Below are positions 36,627 to 48,267 of a DNA stretch of 64,000 nt, piece by piece. The position numbers were made by a program, and so were the translations under genes. The notes under the pieces are model-generated. The model saw nothing but the letters and a program-made list of their open reading frames with translations. It ran no database searches and was not told where the DNA came from. Within the stretch, counting starts at the first letter, position 1, and each line of letters opens with the position of its first letter. Origin of the DNA: Scenedesmus sp. PABB004 (lineage: Eukaryota); NCBI GenBank assembly GCA_014905635.1, contig JABVCE010000014.1, forward strand, positions 434,001-498,000, read 5' to 3'.

Positions 36627-36946
36627 TCTGGTCGCTACGAGTCCCAGCTACTGAGGTCGTGCGCTGCGCACAGCGTTCGCGCGCGCGGCTGCACGCGCGG
36701 GGCGCCCACCGCCGGGCGTGGCCGCCCGCCGACCGACGCCGGCGTCGGGCACGCCGGTGCGAGCGCTGTCCAGGCAGGGAAGCGGCCGTCCACCGCCGCC
36801 GCGGAGCGCGCGTCGACGCTGCTGGCCACAGTCGGCGTGCGGCGCGGCCGGCGCAATCCCAAGGAAGAGCAGTTCACAGGAGAGGGGGCAGGTCCCAGCA
36901 AGCTTGTGGCTGCGCCGCCGGGGGGCGCGGCCCGCATGGCGCGGCG

Positions 36947-38237
36947 TCACGACGCCGGCGGCGTCGCCGGCTGCGCCACAAACCGCGCGCCGCCCCCGGC
37001 CCCGCCCCCGCCCCCGAGCAGCGCGTGCGGCGGCGCCTTGAGCCCCGCCGCGGTCCAGCGCCGCACGCACGCGTCCTCGAGCGCGCGCGCCGCGGCGACC
37101 GAGGGCGGCTCGCCCGCGGCCGTGAGCGGCGCGACGCGTATGGTCAGCATGCCGTGCCGGTTGCCAAACACCACGTCCGTGAGGTAGCGGTCACCCACAA
37201 ACACCATCTCGTGCGGCGCGCACCTGCCGGGGGGCGGCGTGGGCGTGGGCGCGGGCGGGCGGGCGTGGGCGGGCGCGAGGGGCGGGTGCGGTGATCATAG
37301 GCGGCGGCGGCGCACCCGAACTGCGCCTGCAGCTCGGCGCAGCCGCCGGCGGGCTTCTTGTCGGCGTGGCGCGCGACCGCGACGCCAAACGCGCCCTCCA
37401 GCGCCGCCGCCTCCTCACCGCGGGGGTCGTACTGCGCCAGGCCTGCGCCGCGCGGCGGGCGGCGGCGGACGCGGCGGCGGACGCGGCGGCGGCGGTCAGC
37501 GGCCGCTGACCGTCGCGCCGCGCGGCGCGCGTGCCGCGCCGGGGCCGGCGGCGCCGCGCGCTGCGAGCACACACCCGCGCTGTTGCTGTAGAGGCAGACC
37601 GCGCCGCCAAAGGCGTCGCGGCACGCGGCAAACGCGGGCGCGAGGCGGCCCGGCACCGCGAGCTCAAACGGCGCGCACAGCGTGTTGTCCTTGTCAAACA
37701 CGCAGAGCTTGAACCCCGCCGCCCGCAGCGCCGCCCAGTCGACCCACGTGATGTCGGGCACGCTCACGTGCGGCAGCGCCAGGCTCTGGTTGCCCTGCGC
37801 GCGGCGGCGCGCGCGGCGCGGGCGCGCTCAGCGCAGGCGTGTTCGGCGCTTGCAGCCGGCGGCGGCGGCCTCGCTGCAGTCCGCGGCGTTGCCCTGCCGC
37901 CGCCGCACCGCGAGGATCTGGAAGAACAGGCCGGTGCCGGCGAGGTTGACGTTCTGCAGCAGCTTGTTCATCGCGCCGGGGCCCTGCGGGGCCGGCGGCG
38001 GGGCCGCTGCGTCACCAGGCCGCGCCAGGTGCAGAGGAGGAGGAGGCGCGGAGGCGCCCGCCACACCTTGGCGGCACCGGCGGCGCCCGGCGGCGCGGCG
38101 CCCGCTGCTGCTGCCGCCGCCGGCCGCTCCGGGCCGCCCCGCGGGGCGCTCGCGGCCGCTGCGGCTCGCCGACGCGACGCTGGAGCTCTGGGTCGCGCGG
38201 GCGCGGGGCTGCGGCCGGACAGGGCGCGCTGGCGCAT
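36947..38237 (-). CDS. PGPP1: Phosphatidylglycerophosphate phosphatase (HAD, GEP4/YqeG-like), probable plastid targeting
   Basis: Motifs: LPHVSVPDITWVDWAALRAAGFK..VFDKDNTL (HAD motif I), YSNSAG, KKPAG, MVFVGDRYLTDVVFGNRHG. Arg/Ala-rich first exon from ATG 38237 (start inferred). Confidence 0.88.
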
Positions 38238-39267
38238 GCCACGCAGGCGGCGCCGCACGCTGCTGCCGCGGCGGGGTGGCTGCTGCTGCTGCCTCCTCCT
38301 CTACTCTCGAGGAACGCGGTCGGCGCTGGCTGCGGCGCTGGGGGCGCTGTCTCGAGGCTCCAGGCACCGTCGTTACCAGGCCCTGAACCGCGTGTCGCCG
38401 GCAGCACGTCAACAGCGAGCAGTTTCATCGGTCGAGTCGTCGAGCCCAGCCGCATTCTAACTCTCTAGAAAACATAAAAGCGGCCCGCGGCGCACAGCAC
38501 GCTGTCGCCGCTGCGCACGAGAACGAAAAGCGCACGTGTGGGGAGCGGCAGCGCCGCAGAACCTGCTGTCGTGGACGAGGCAAGGCATGGACACACGGGG
38601 TCTCTCGGGGCGGGGCGGCGCGCGGGCCCGCCGCCGCTCTTCTAAGCCCCCGGCCGGCGGCGCAGCGCCGGCCCGGCCGGGAGGGTTGAATCAATCGTGG
38701 TCGCCCGCCCCGCGCACGTCCAACGCGGGCGCATGATGCAGCCGGCCGCCCACGGCCGGCAGTGCATGCGCGCGCGCTGTGCGCGGGGGCGCGGGCGTAT
38801 GGCTGTGGGTGGTGGGTGGGGTGCCTGGCCCCCTGGCATCGCTGCGGAGGCCACCTGGACAACCGCGGCACACAAACGCAAACAACGCAGCGGCCCCGCA
38901 CACGGACACACCACCAACGCTCGCTTCGACTGCCGGCGCGCGGCGCAAGGCCGGCGGGCGGGGGCGGGCGCTGCGGGCGGCACAGCCTGCCGAGCGCCAG
39001 CCCAGCCGCGCCCCCGCGTCGCGCCCCCGGGCCGACGCGTGATGTACACACCCGACACGCGGCACGGCGCCGCCTCTGCATCCTCTCGCCTGGCTCACCG
39101 CCGCCGGCTGTCCGGCGCCCGCCCGGCTGGGCCGCCGGCGCCAACCTGCCGTCGCGCTGCCGCGCGGGCCGCTGCTGCTGCAGCGGCGCGGCGCGCTCGC
39201 CCGCGCGGGCGCGCCCCCCGCCGCCGCTGCTGCAGCGGCGGGCCGAGCCCGCCGCGCGCCGCCGCGC

Positions 39268-40261
39268 TCACGCGTCGTCGCGCGAGTCTGTGGGCGTCGC
39301 GGGCAGCAGCGCCTCGAGCTGCGCCTTGAGCGTGGCCAGCTGCGCCGCGCCGAGCTCGCTCTGGCGCAGCAGCAGCTGCGCCGCGGCGCCCGCCGCCTCG
39401 CCGGCGGCGCGCTCGGGCTCCTCCGGCAGCACGTGGAACTTGCCCTCCCTGCGCGCGCGCGCGCGGCGGCCGCGGCGGCGGCGGCGGCGCGTGAGCGCCG
39501 CGGGCCGCGCGGGCCGGCCGGCCGGCCGTGCAAGCAAACACGGCACAACCGCGCTGCCTCGCGCGCGCACCTGAGGCGCAGGCTGCGCTCCCAGTCGGTG
39601 ACGTGCACGTTGTAGTCCGGCGGCATGAGCAGGCTGCCCGCGAGCTCCAGGCGGCAGCGGTAGCCGCTGTCGCCACAGAAGGCCATGAGCTCGGTCGGCG
39701 GGATGCTGCACACGTGCGGGCAGTGCTCCATCGTCGCCTCAAGCAGCGCCGCGTAGCTGCGCGGCCGCGCGCGAGGGGCGGGGCGGCGCGCGGTCAGGCG
39801 GGTCGGGCGCGGCGCGGCGCGGCCGAGGGCGCGGCGGCGCGGCGCGGCGGGGGGCCGGCGGTGCGCAGCGGCGGCGCGGCGGGCGGGCGGCGCACCGCAC
39901 GGCGTCCTCCATGCTCTCGAACGCGATGATCGTCTCGGTCGGCAGGCCCTCGTCCGACACGGCGCGCAGCGAGTATATGCCCTCCGTGTCCTTTTGGCCG
40001 ACGCCGAAGAGCAGCACGTACACCTCGCGCAGGCTGTGCCACAGCGTGCGCCCGGTCAGCAGGTCCGATGGCGACGCCGCGTCGAGCCGCGCGCCCGCGG
40101 GCAGCAGGCCGCCGCCGGCGCCCGGCCACGCGAGCGCCTCGGGCGCCGCGAGGCCGCCGCCGCGCGCGCTGGCCGCCTCGCCCGCGGGCAGGTTGCAGGG
40201 CACGGGCACGGCCTCGGGCTCGTGCTCCCAGTCGTCAAACGACTGTATGCTGCTGCTGTAG

Positions 40262-40294
<33 letters not shown>

Positions 40295-41273
40295 GGCTGG
40301 TCGCCGCGCGTGCTGGCCTCGGGCCCGCGGTTGCCGCTGCGCGGCGCGCCGGCGCCGTTGCGCGCGCCGTCGCGGCCGCCCGGCTGCTGCCGGCCCGCGC
40401 CGCCGGCGCCGCCGTCGGCGTTCCACAGCAGCGGCTGCGGCTGCTGGTTGCGGCCGCTGCCCGCGATGAACGCCTGCACGGGGGGTGGCGGCGGGGGGGG
40501 GGGGGGCGTGAGCGGCGGGCGGGCGCGGCGCTGCTGGTGCCGGCAGCAGCAGCGGCGAGCGCCCCGCGCACCTGCCACTCCGCGTCGAGCTCGCTCAGCG
40601 GGCCGGGCGCGTCCTCGTCGCAGCGCGCGTCCAGCCAGTCACGCCGGGCCTCGCCCCATCCGGGCTCGGCGCCGCCAGCGGCGGCGGCGGCAGGGCCGGC
40701 GCAGCGCACGGGCGCCGCCGGGCGCGGGGCAGCCCCGCCTGCAGCAGTGGGCGCGGCGCGAGCGGGCGCGGGGCGGGCGTCAGGCGGGGGCGGGGCATTA
40801 ATGAGCCCACGGCGCGCCGCCGGGCGGCCCCCGGCGCGCCCGGGCGGCCGCGGAGGGGCCCGCAACGCGACGGCGATGCCGCGCCCCCCGCCGGCGCGCC
40901 CCCTGGCGCTCCGTGGCACTCCGGGAGGCGCGCCCCGGCACCGCGAGGCGGGGGCGGGGGAGATCGGGGCGCGCCGGGGCGTGGGCGGCCCAGCGCCCCC
41001 AGGGGCTGCCTCCGGGATGCTGTCGAGGCCGCCGCCTGGCACCGCCTGCCGCGCCGCGCCCGCCTGCGCTGACGCGCGCCGCGCCGGCACGCGCCCGCCG
41101 CCCGCCGGGGCCCGCCGAGCCGCACCTGCGAAGGGTCGCCCACGCGCCCCCCTCGTGCTCCGCGCTGCCGCGCCTGCGGGGCGCGCCGGCGCGTGAGCCG
41201 CCGCGTCGCGCCGAGCGCGAGCGTCCGGCGCCGCGGGCGCACCTGGCGCCTGCGCGCCCGCCCGCAGCGCCAT
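39268..41273 (-). CDS. DUF3110 family protein (cyanobacterial/plastid type) with transit-peptide-like N-terminus
   Basis: Motifs: VYVLLFGVGQKDTEGIYSL...IIAFESMEDAVRYAALLEA...ELMAFC.DSGY...PPDYNV..TDW, and C-terminal LKAQLEALLP. Confidence 0.82.
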
Positions 41274-41607
41274 CTCTTGCTGCTGCTGCGCGTCCCGCTG
41301 AGCGCCGTCGACAACGCGGTCGCCTCCTCTCCCCCCAGCTGGGCGCAGTGTGGCGGGCGCGGGCACTGGGGCTCGGACTTGGCGGCGCGCGGGACCCCGA
41401 CGTAACAGGGCGCGATATCTTGGCGCGCGCCGCTCGCCGCGGCACGCCTCCGATCCCCAGTACCCCCGCCAGCAGGCCGAGATCGCCGGCGTGCACAGCC
41501 GCCCGCCGCGCACCCCCGCCGCGCCCGCCGCCCCCGCCGCGCGCCGCCCGGAGCGAGAGGAGCAGCGGCACCATCCGCGGCGCCACGCCCCGCCGGCGCC
41601 CGCCGCC

Positions 41608-42849
41608 ATGAGCGGCGGCAGCACGCCCCCGCCGGCGCCGGGGAGCATGAGCGCGTGGAGCCTGGTGTTTGCCGACGCGGCGCTCGAGCGCCGCTTCCGC
41701 GCGCACCAGGGGCGCGCGTGGGCGGCGAGCGAGCTGCGCAACCTGTACCTCAACCTGGCCTGCGGCGCGATCAACACCGCGATTACGACGCTGCAGCTCG
41801 GGGTGCGGCGGCGGCGCGCGGCCGCCCGCCGCCGCGGCGACCGCGACCATGCACACGCAACGCACGCAGGGCAGCATCCTGTCGGCCACGGGCGCGCGCG
41901 TGATGCTGCCGTACATGACCGTCGCGCTGCTGCACTGGGCTGCCGCGGAGCACTGGCGCGCCTGGCCGCGCTGGCGCCGTGCGGGCACCCTCGCCGCCGA
42001 GGTCCGGCGGCGCCGCCGGGGCGCGCCCCGTGGGAGGGAGGGAGGGAGGGCCCGCCGCGCCGGCGCGGCGCGGCCGAGCAGCGCGTCCGGGCCCGCGTCC
42101 GCGTCCGCGCGCCAGGTGTGCTACGCGGCGATCTGCACCCTCTCCATGCCCGGCTGGGTGCTGCACGGCGCCGCGACCGCGGGGGACGCGAAGACCTTTG
42201 TGCGGCTCTTTGTGCTCGGCAGCGGCATTCTCATCGCCTACTGGGTCAGGCGCGCAAGCCGCGGCGGCCGGCGGCGCGCGGGCGCGCCGCCGCCGTCATC
42301 CATCCATCCGCGCAGCGCGCGCGCCGCGTGCAGCCCCGCGCCGCGCGGCGCCGCGCGCCGCCGAGCGCCGCCGCCGCGCGCGCCGCCGCCGCGCCACGCA
42401 GGTTCCTCACGCCCACGCTCTTCCACGCGGCGCGCTGGCTCACGACCGCGCAGTTTGCGTTCCAGGCGTGGGCGCTGACCGCGCCGACGTGCGCCGCGGT
42501 CTCGCGCAGCGCGTACGGCGGCGACGCGGTCGCGTCGCTCTCGGCCGGCCTCGACGCGCTCGCGGGCAGCGTGCTCGCGCCCTGCGCCGCGGCGAGCTGC
42601 GCCAACCTCATGTACCTGCTGCAGCTCGCCGCGGGCGGCACGCTGCTGTACGCGCTCTACCGCATGGAGGCCGCCAACCGCCGCGCGTTCCTGCTCGAGG
42701 ACGGCGGGGCCGGCGGCCGCGCCGCCGCGGCGCCGCCGCCGCCGTGGCCGTCGCCGCCCGGGCCGGTGCAGGCGGTGCTGCACGGCCTGGTCTACCTGCA
42801 GCTCTTCTCAGTCGTGTGGGTGCTGCTGCAGTGCCGCCCCGGCGCGTGA
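41608..42849 (+). CDS. Uncharacterised multi-pass membrane protein; about 4 exons
   Basis: Starts WSLVFADAALERRF, has several hydrophobic helices, then LYALYRMEAANRRAFL and a final TM AVLHGLVYLQLFSVVWVLL. Splice sites are consistent. Confidence 0.7.
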   Translation: MSGGSTPPPAPGSMSAWSLVFADAALERRFRAHQGRAWAASELRNLYLNLACGAINTAITTLQLGVRRRRAAARRRGDRDHAHATHAGQHPVGHGRARDAAVHDRRAAALGCRGALARLAALAPCGHPRRRGPAAPPGRAPWEGGREGPPRRRGAAEQRVRARVRVRAPGVLRGDLHPLHARLGAARRRDRGGREDLCAALCARQRHSHRLLGQARKPRRPAARGRAAAVIHPSAQRARRVQPRAARRRAPPSAAAARAAAAPRRFLTPTLFHAARWLTTAQFAFQAWALTAPTCAAVSRSAYGGDAVASLSAGLDALAGSVLAPCAAASCANLMYLLQLAAGGTLLYALYRMEAANRRAFLLEDGGAGGRAAAAPPPPWPSPPGPVQAVLHGLVYLQLFSVVWVLLQCRPGA

Positions 42850-43205
42850 CCAGCTTGCGGCGGGCGCCGCGCGCGCGGCTGCCGCGGTGGCGGCGGCGCC
42901 CAGTGCGGTTGAATTGTCAACAGCCGATGATGACGCCCCGTCAGGACAGCTTCGTCAGGGCAGCTTCCCCGCGCTTTTATGCCAAAAACCAGGCGCGCGC
43001 CTCCGCCGCGTTCGGTTGCGTTTTGACGGCAGCCGACAGCTGCGACCTGCGGGGCCCGGCGCGTGCACCCCGCACCCGCCCGCGTCGAGATCGGGCGAGG
43101 GGCGCAGCCGCCGGCGTCTGGCGCGCCCAGCTTGTTGAGGCTGGTGGCCAGCGACCGCTGCCCGCGCCGCTGCCCGACGCGTGCGTCGCCAGGGGGCCGC
43201 CCGCA

Positions 43206-44261
43206 ATGTCGTCCAAGTCGCGGTTGGACGCCGCCCTGGCGGGCTTTGGCGGCGAGCTGCTGTCGTTCGTCGCGCGCGCGGGCGACAGCATCGCCTCGCT
43301 CCGCCGCACGCTGGAGCAGCGCCCCACGGCCGGAGGTGGGCCGCGCAGCGGCGCCGGCCGCGCGCCAGGCGCAGCCAGCGGCGGGGCCCGCCCCACCGCC
43401 CGGGCGCGCGCCCGGGGGCCGCCGCCGAGCGCGTCGCTGCCGCCGGTCGCGCGCCGCCGCAGTCGCCGACTTCCGCGAGTGCCTGGCCGACCTGGAGCAG
43501 CAGGTGGCCGACGTCACCGACGACCTGCAGCAGCTCGCGGGCTGCACCGCCGACGCGATGTCTTTCGAGGTGCGGCCGCCGCGAGACCACGCCCGGCGGT
43601 CGCAGCGGCGGCGCGCCGGCGCTGCGCGCCCACGCGCCGCCGCGCCCGCAGGAGCTCATCGGGCACTGCAGCGCCGTGTACGCCGCCAACCACGCCGCCA
43701 CGCTGGCGCTGGAGGCCCACCTGGCCCAGTACGGCTACGCGCGGCTGCCGGGCGCGGCGCCGGGGCCGGAGCACCCCTCGGAGCTGCTGGGCGCCGACGA
43801 CGGTGCGCAGCGGGCTGCGGCGGGGGGCTGGTGCCGCGGGCGACAGATGGTGGGGGCGCCGGGCCGCCGCACCCACGCCCGCCGCCGCGCCGCCCGACGC
43901 TGCGCAGGGCTGCTGTGCGAGCTGGAGGCGCCGCTGACGCTCGGCCGCGGCGCGCTCGTGCCGCTCACCGTGCAGCGCCCTGGGCGCCCCAACTCGACGC
44001 CCAGCTCGCCGGTGGGTACGGGGCGTGCGTCGGCAGAGGCGAGCGCGGCGGCGGGCCGCGTCGCGCGCGCACGCGCGCCCCGCTCAGCATGCGCGCCGCC
44101 GCGCGCAGCTCGGGAAGAGCGCATATAAGGGCGGCCACCCACCCAGCCGGCTGGGGCAGAGCCAGCCGGGCAGCCCGCTGGCGGGCGTGGGCCCGAGCTG
44201 GGAGGCGGGGCTTGCCACGGGCTTCAACGGTGAGCGAGCACGGCAGTCTGCGCCGACATGC

Positions 44262-44312
<51 letters not shown>

Positions 44313-47140
44313 GTGGCCGCGGCGGCCGACCCGGCCCGGCCCCCGCCCTGCCCCTGCGCTGCGCAGGCGGCGGCCCGATGACGCAGCGCCGGCCCGCGCA
44401 CGCCGAGCGTGCGAGCCTGGGCAGCAGCTCTTCCACGCCCGCCGCGCTCATCAGCCCGGGCGTGGCGGCGCTGGCCAGCAAGTATGCCACCTCCTCGGTC
44501 GGCGGCAGCTCCGTGGGCGCGCTGAGCACGCTGCCCGAGGCGCCTGCCGCAGGTGCGCGCCGGGGGGCGCGGGGCGCGCCCGCGCCGCGCCGCCGGCAGC
44601 CGCCGCCGCCGCCACCGGCTGGCCGACCTCGCCGCCGCCGCGCCGCCCCGCAGGCTCGCTCATGATGTCCGGCGGCCGCACCGCCTGCCGCGACCTGAGC
44701 CTCGCGTACGGCGCCGCCGGCGACGGCGCGGCGAGCCCCGACCTGCCCATCTTTGGCCGCGAGCCGCCGCCCGCGCGCGCCGCGCCGCCGCGGCCGGCGG
44801 CCGCCGGCGGCGCGGCGGGCTGCGAGGACGGCGAGCTGCGCGGCAGCGCCGGCGTCCAGTGCGAGGACAGCACCGGCGAGCTGTACAACAGCATCATCCA
44901 CAGCAACATGGCCGCGCTGCAGGGCCGCGACGGCGCCGGCGCCGGCCAGCAGGCGGGCAGGGGCGGCGCCGACGCGGAGGGCACGCCCGGTGCGGCGCGG
45001 CGCAGCGCGCGCCCGCTGCACAACGTGGAAGCGGCGGCGCCGCGCCGCCGTCGGGCGGCGAGCTGACCCGCGCCGTGCGCCCCGCCGCGCCGCGCCGCCC
45101 GCCGCCGCGCAGCGACGCCGCCGTGCGGCGGCGACGCCGCGCCCGCCAGCCCGCGCGCGCCCGCGACCGCGGGGCGGCTGCCGCCCGAGTGGCACAGCCG
45201 CAAGCTGCAGGAGCTGGACAGCCTGCAGGCCGACCTCACCTTCACTCTCAGCCAGATGAAGCGCACGCCCTCGCGCAGCCGCCTCGCCTCCGCGGCGCCG
45301 ACGCCGGACGAGTCGGAGGACGAGGGCGACGCGGCGGCGCCGGCGCCCACCCAGCAGCCGGCGCCGCCGCAGCAGCCGGCGCCGGTGCAGCCGGCGCCGC
45401 AGCCGGCGCAGCAGCCGGCGCGGCAGCAGCCGGCCCCGCCGCCCGCCGCGCCGGGCGCCGGGGGCGCGCGCGGCGCGGCGGCCGTGGCGGCCGCGGCCGT
45501 GAGCGCCGCGTCGGCGCTCGGCGCGCACGCGGCGTCCGACCTGGAGGCGCTCATGGCCAGCCTGAGCTGCAAGTACGCGCCGGCGGAGCCCTCCCCGGAG
45601 GCCGCCGCGGGCGCGGCGCCGCCGCGCGGCGCCGCCGCGGCCTCGCCGGCGTCGCCGCCCGACGCGGCGGCCGACCTCACGGCCAAGTACGGCGGCGCGG
45701 CGGCCGACCCCGCGGGGCAGGGCGCGCCGCGGCCCGCCTGCGACGCGGGCAGCGCGTCGCCGGGGGCGGCCGGCCCGCGCCGCGGCGGCGGCGGCGGCGG
45801 GGAGCTGAGCGAGAGCCTCGGCAGCGAGTCGGCGACGCCGGGGCGGCCGGCGCTGGCGGCGGTCGTGCGCGCGGGCATCGCTGCGTGGCACGACGCCGTG
45901 CGCATGGACTGCCCCTCCCCGCTCAGCCCCGCGAGCACGCCCGACCTCGCGAGCCCCGCGAGCGCGCACGGCTGCGCTGACGCCGGCGGCGCGGCGAGCC
46001 CGGCCAGCCCCGCGGCGGCGGGCGCGGGCGCGGAGCGGCACGGCCTGCTCACGCCCGCCACGCAGCGCGCCATCCGGCACGCGGTCGCGGCGGTCGGCCT
46101 GGACAGCGCGCGGCCGCAGTCGAGCATCCGCCGGCCGCAGCCGATGACGGACGTGGCGCACCTGGAGCAGGTCCGGGGCCGCTACCACCAGCACGCATGG
46201 CAGGCGGAGTCGGCCGGCGGCGTCAACCTGGAGCGCGCGCTGGCCGAGGCCGGCGCGGCGGAGCGCGCGGCGGGCGGCGCCGGTCCCGGCGCGGCCGCCC
46301 CTGCCGCCCCGGCGGCGGCCGCTGCGCAGCAGGCGGAGGACCACGCCTCGCTCGTGCTGCGGCCGCGCGCACAGGGCCAGGGCCGCGCAGCGCCGCGCCC
46401 CGTGCCGGCGGCGGCCGCGCCCGCGGCGGAGGAGGCGCGGGAGCTGACGCCGCGCGCGGCGCGGTTGCAGCGCCGCCAGGCTGCGCAGGAGCAGGAGCAG
46501 GCGGGCCGCGCGCAGCCGCCGCCGCAGCGCAAGGCGGGCGGCGGCGGCGTGCTGCGCGCGGTCGAGAACGTGACGCCGGGCGGCGACGGCGCGGCCGGCA
46601 GCGCGCGCAAGGGCCGCGGCTCGCCCGCGGCCGCCAAGCCGTCGCCCGCGCCCGCCAAGGCGCCGCCCGCGGCCGCGGCAGGCGGCTCGCCTGCGGCCGC
46701 GCCGCCCGCCGGCCCGCCGCTGCGCGTCGCGCCGGTCGGGGCCGCCGAGTTTGGCGGCCTGCCGGGGTGGTGCAGGGGCCTGCTGACCGCAGAGCTCCTC
46801 AACGGCGCGCTGGAGGAGCTGGTGGAGCTGGTCGCCGGCAGGTGCGCCCGGGGCGGGCGGCGCGGCTGCCGCGGCGGCCGCGCGCGCGCGCCGCCTGCGC
46901 CGCGCGCCGCGCGCGCTGCCGATCGCAACGGCCGACGTTGCCGCCACGCGCAGGGCCGGCAAGCGCGGCGCGGCGGGCGCGGAGGGCTTCACGGCGGCCG
47001 ACCTGGAGCTGCTCGGGCACAGCAGCAGCCGCGCCAAGACGATCGTGAGCTGCCTGCACAAGCTCGGCCGCGCGACGCTGCAGCGCAGCGCCGCGTGCGG
47101 CGGCAACGTCTACAAGCTCGTGCCCGGCGACGCCGCGTGA
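43206..47140 (+). CDS. SKA3: Spindle and kinetochore-associated protein 3 (plant-type SKA3) with a long low-complexity middle
   Basis: N-terminal MSFEELIGHCSAVYAAN...LEAHLAQYGY matches the plant SKA3 SFEELLGHC..Y..N motif. The C-terminal domain reads VGAAEFGGLPGW...LLNGALEEL...FTAADLELLG...LHKLGR...VYKL. Confidence 0.75.
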
Positions 47141-47163
47141 CCGCCCCCAGGGCGGCCGTTGCG

Positions 47164-47168
47164 TGTAA
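47164..47168 (+). promoter_or_regulatory. TGTAA polyadenylation signal (SKA3)
   Basis: TGTAA lies 24 nt after the SKA3 stop. Confidence 0.6.
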
Positions 47169-47308
47169 AGGGCTCACAGCGCGTTGAGCCGCCGCCGCGC
47201 CCGCTCGCTCGCCGGCGCCTGCCCCTCCTGCCGCCGCCGCTGGCACAGCCGTGGCCCGGGCAGTCCCTGCGCCCTTTTGGCCGTCTCCGCACACCGTTGC
47301 GCGCCGCG

Positions 47309-47560
47309 ATGCGGGTCGACGTGCTGCTCTTTGCCGCCGCGCGCGAGGCGGCGGGCGCGTCCAGCCGCCAGGTGGAGCTGCCCGAGGGCGCCACCACGGC
47401 GGAGCTGCTGGACGCGCTGCTGGCGGAGCACCCGGGCCTGGGGGCGGTGATGGAGGCCTGCGTCTTCGCCGTCAACCAGGAGTACGTCCCCCGCGACGAG
47501 CCGCGCCCGCTGCGCAGCGGCGACGAGGTGGCCATCATACCGCCGCTCTCGGGAGGCTGA
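47309..47560 (+). CDS. MOCS2A: Molybdopterin synthase sulfur-carrier subunit (MoaD/CNX7), intronless
   Basis: MRVDVLLFAAAREAAG...FAVNQEYV...LRSGDEVAIIPPLSGG*, with C-terminal GG. Confidence 0.95.
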   Translation: MRVDVLLFAAAREAAGASSRQVELPEGATTAELLDALLAEHPGLGAVMEACVFAVNQEYVPRDEPRPLRSGDEVAIIPPLSGG

Positions 47561-48037
47561 GCGGCGCCGAGATTGCGCGGCGGCGGCGCAGCGCAGCGGC
47601 GGCCGCCGCTGCCGCTGCTGCTGCCGCGCGGCCGGCGCGGCGTCGCCAGCGACCCAACACCCATCCCCCACCACTTCTACCACGGCCTGGGCGGGGCCGG
47701 CGCTCCGCCGGCACGGCCGCCGGCGACGCCGGAGCAGCCGCTCGCGACGGACCAGGGCCACGTGCACGCAGGCCAGGGGCCGGCGGCACGCGGCCCGCGG
47801 CGACGGCCGGCCAGCGAGTGCGCGCGCGCTGCTGGCGCGGCGGCTTGCCCGTGCGCCGCGCTCGGTCCCGGCCCCGGCCGGGAGACCGGCGGCACGGCCG
47901 CGCAGCGCGCCGGGCCCGCCGTCTGGCCGCGCGTCGGTCGTCGAGTGCACTCGCCACCGTGCGCAGACGCGCCGTCGGCGCGCGGTGGCGAGCGCGCTTG
48001 TCGGTCGGCGCGCGCCGAGCGGGGCTGGCGGCGGCGC

Positions 48038-48042
48038 TGTAA
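48038..48042 (+). promoter_or_regulatory. TGTAA polyadenylation signal (MOCS2A)
   Basis: First TGTAA noticed downstream of the MOCS2A stop and upstream of the next ATG. Confidence 0.55.
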
Positions 48043-48267
48043 AACACGTGGCCGCACGTTCACGCAGCGCACTCCGCTGAACCCCGAGCTCTCCGTGCGC
48101 ACGACCATCCGCCCGACGCCTCAGCATCGCCGGAATCCCCTGCCTGGTCTGGCCACCCTCTTCCACAGCGCCTCCACGCCCACAGCGCCCCCCGCACGCC
48201 TCGCGCGCCGCACCGCAGCAGCAGCGCGCGCCGCCGCGGCCCCCATTTTTCCTGCGCTCCTTGCGCC

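Noticed and set aside
42926..43000. Possible box C/D snoRNA (GATGATGA)
   Set aside because: No suitably placed D box (CTGA) or terminal stem was found.
44261..44312. (TGC)n tract, plus (GCC)n near 49628-49676 and (CA)/(TG) tracts near 56125-56480
   Set aside because: Ordinary intronic microsatellites. The polyCys/polyLeu translations are artefacts.
47141..47308. SKA3-MOCS2A bicistronic transcript (168 nt gap)
   Set aside because: A canonical TGTAA at 47164 lies between the two ORFs.
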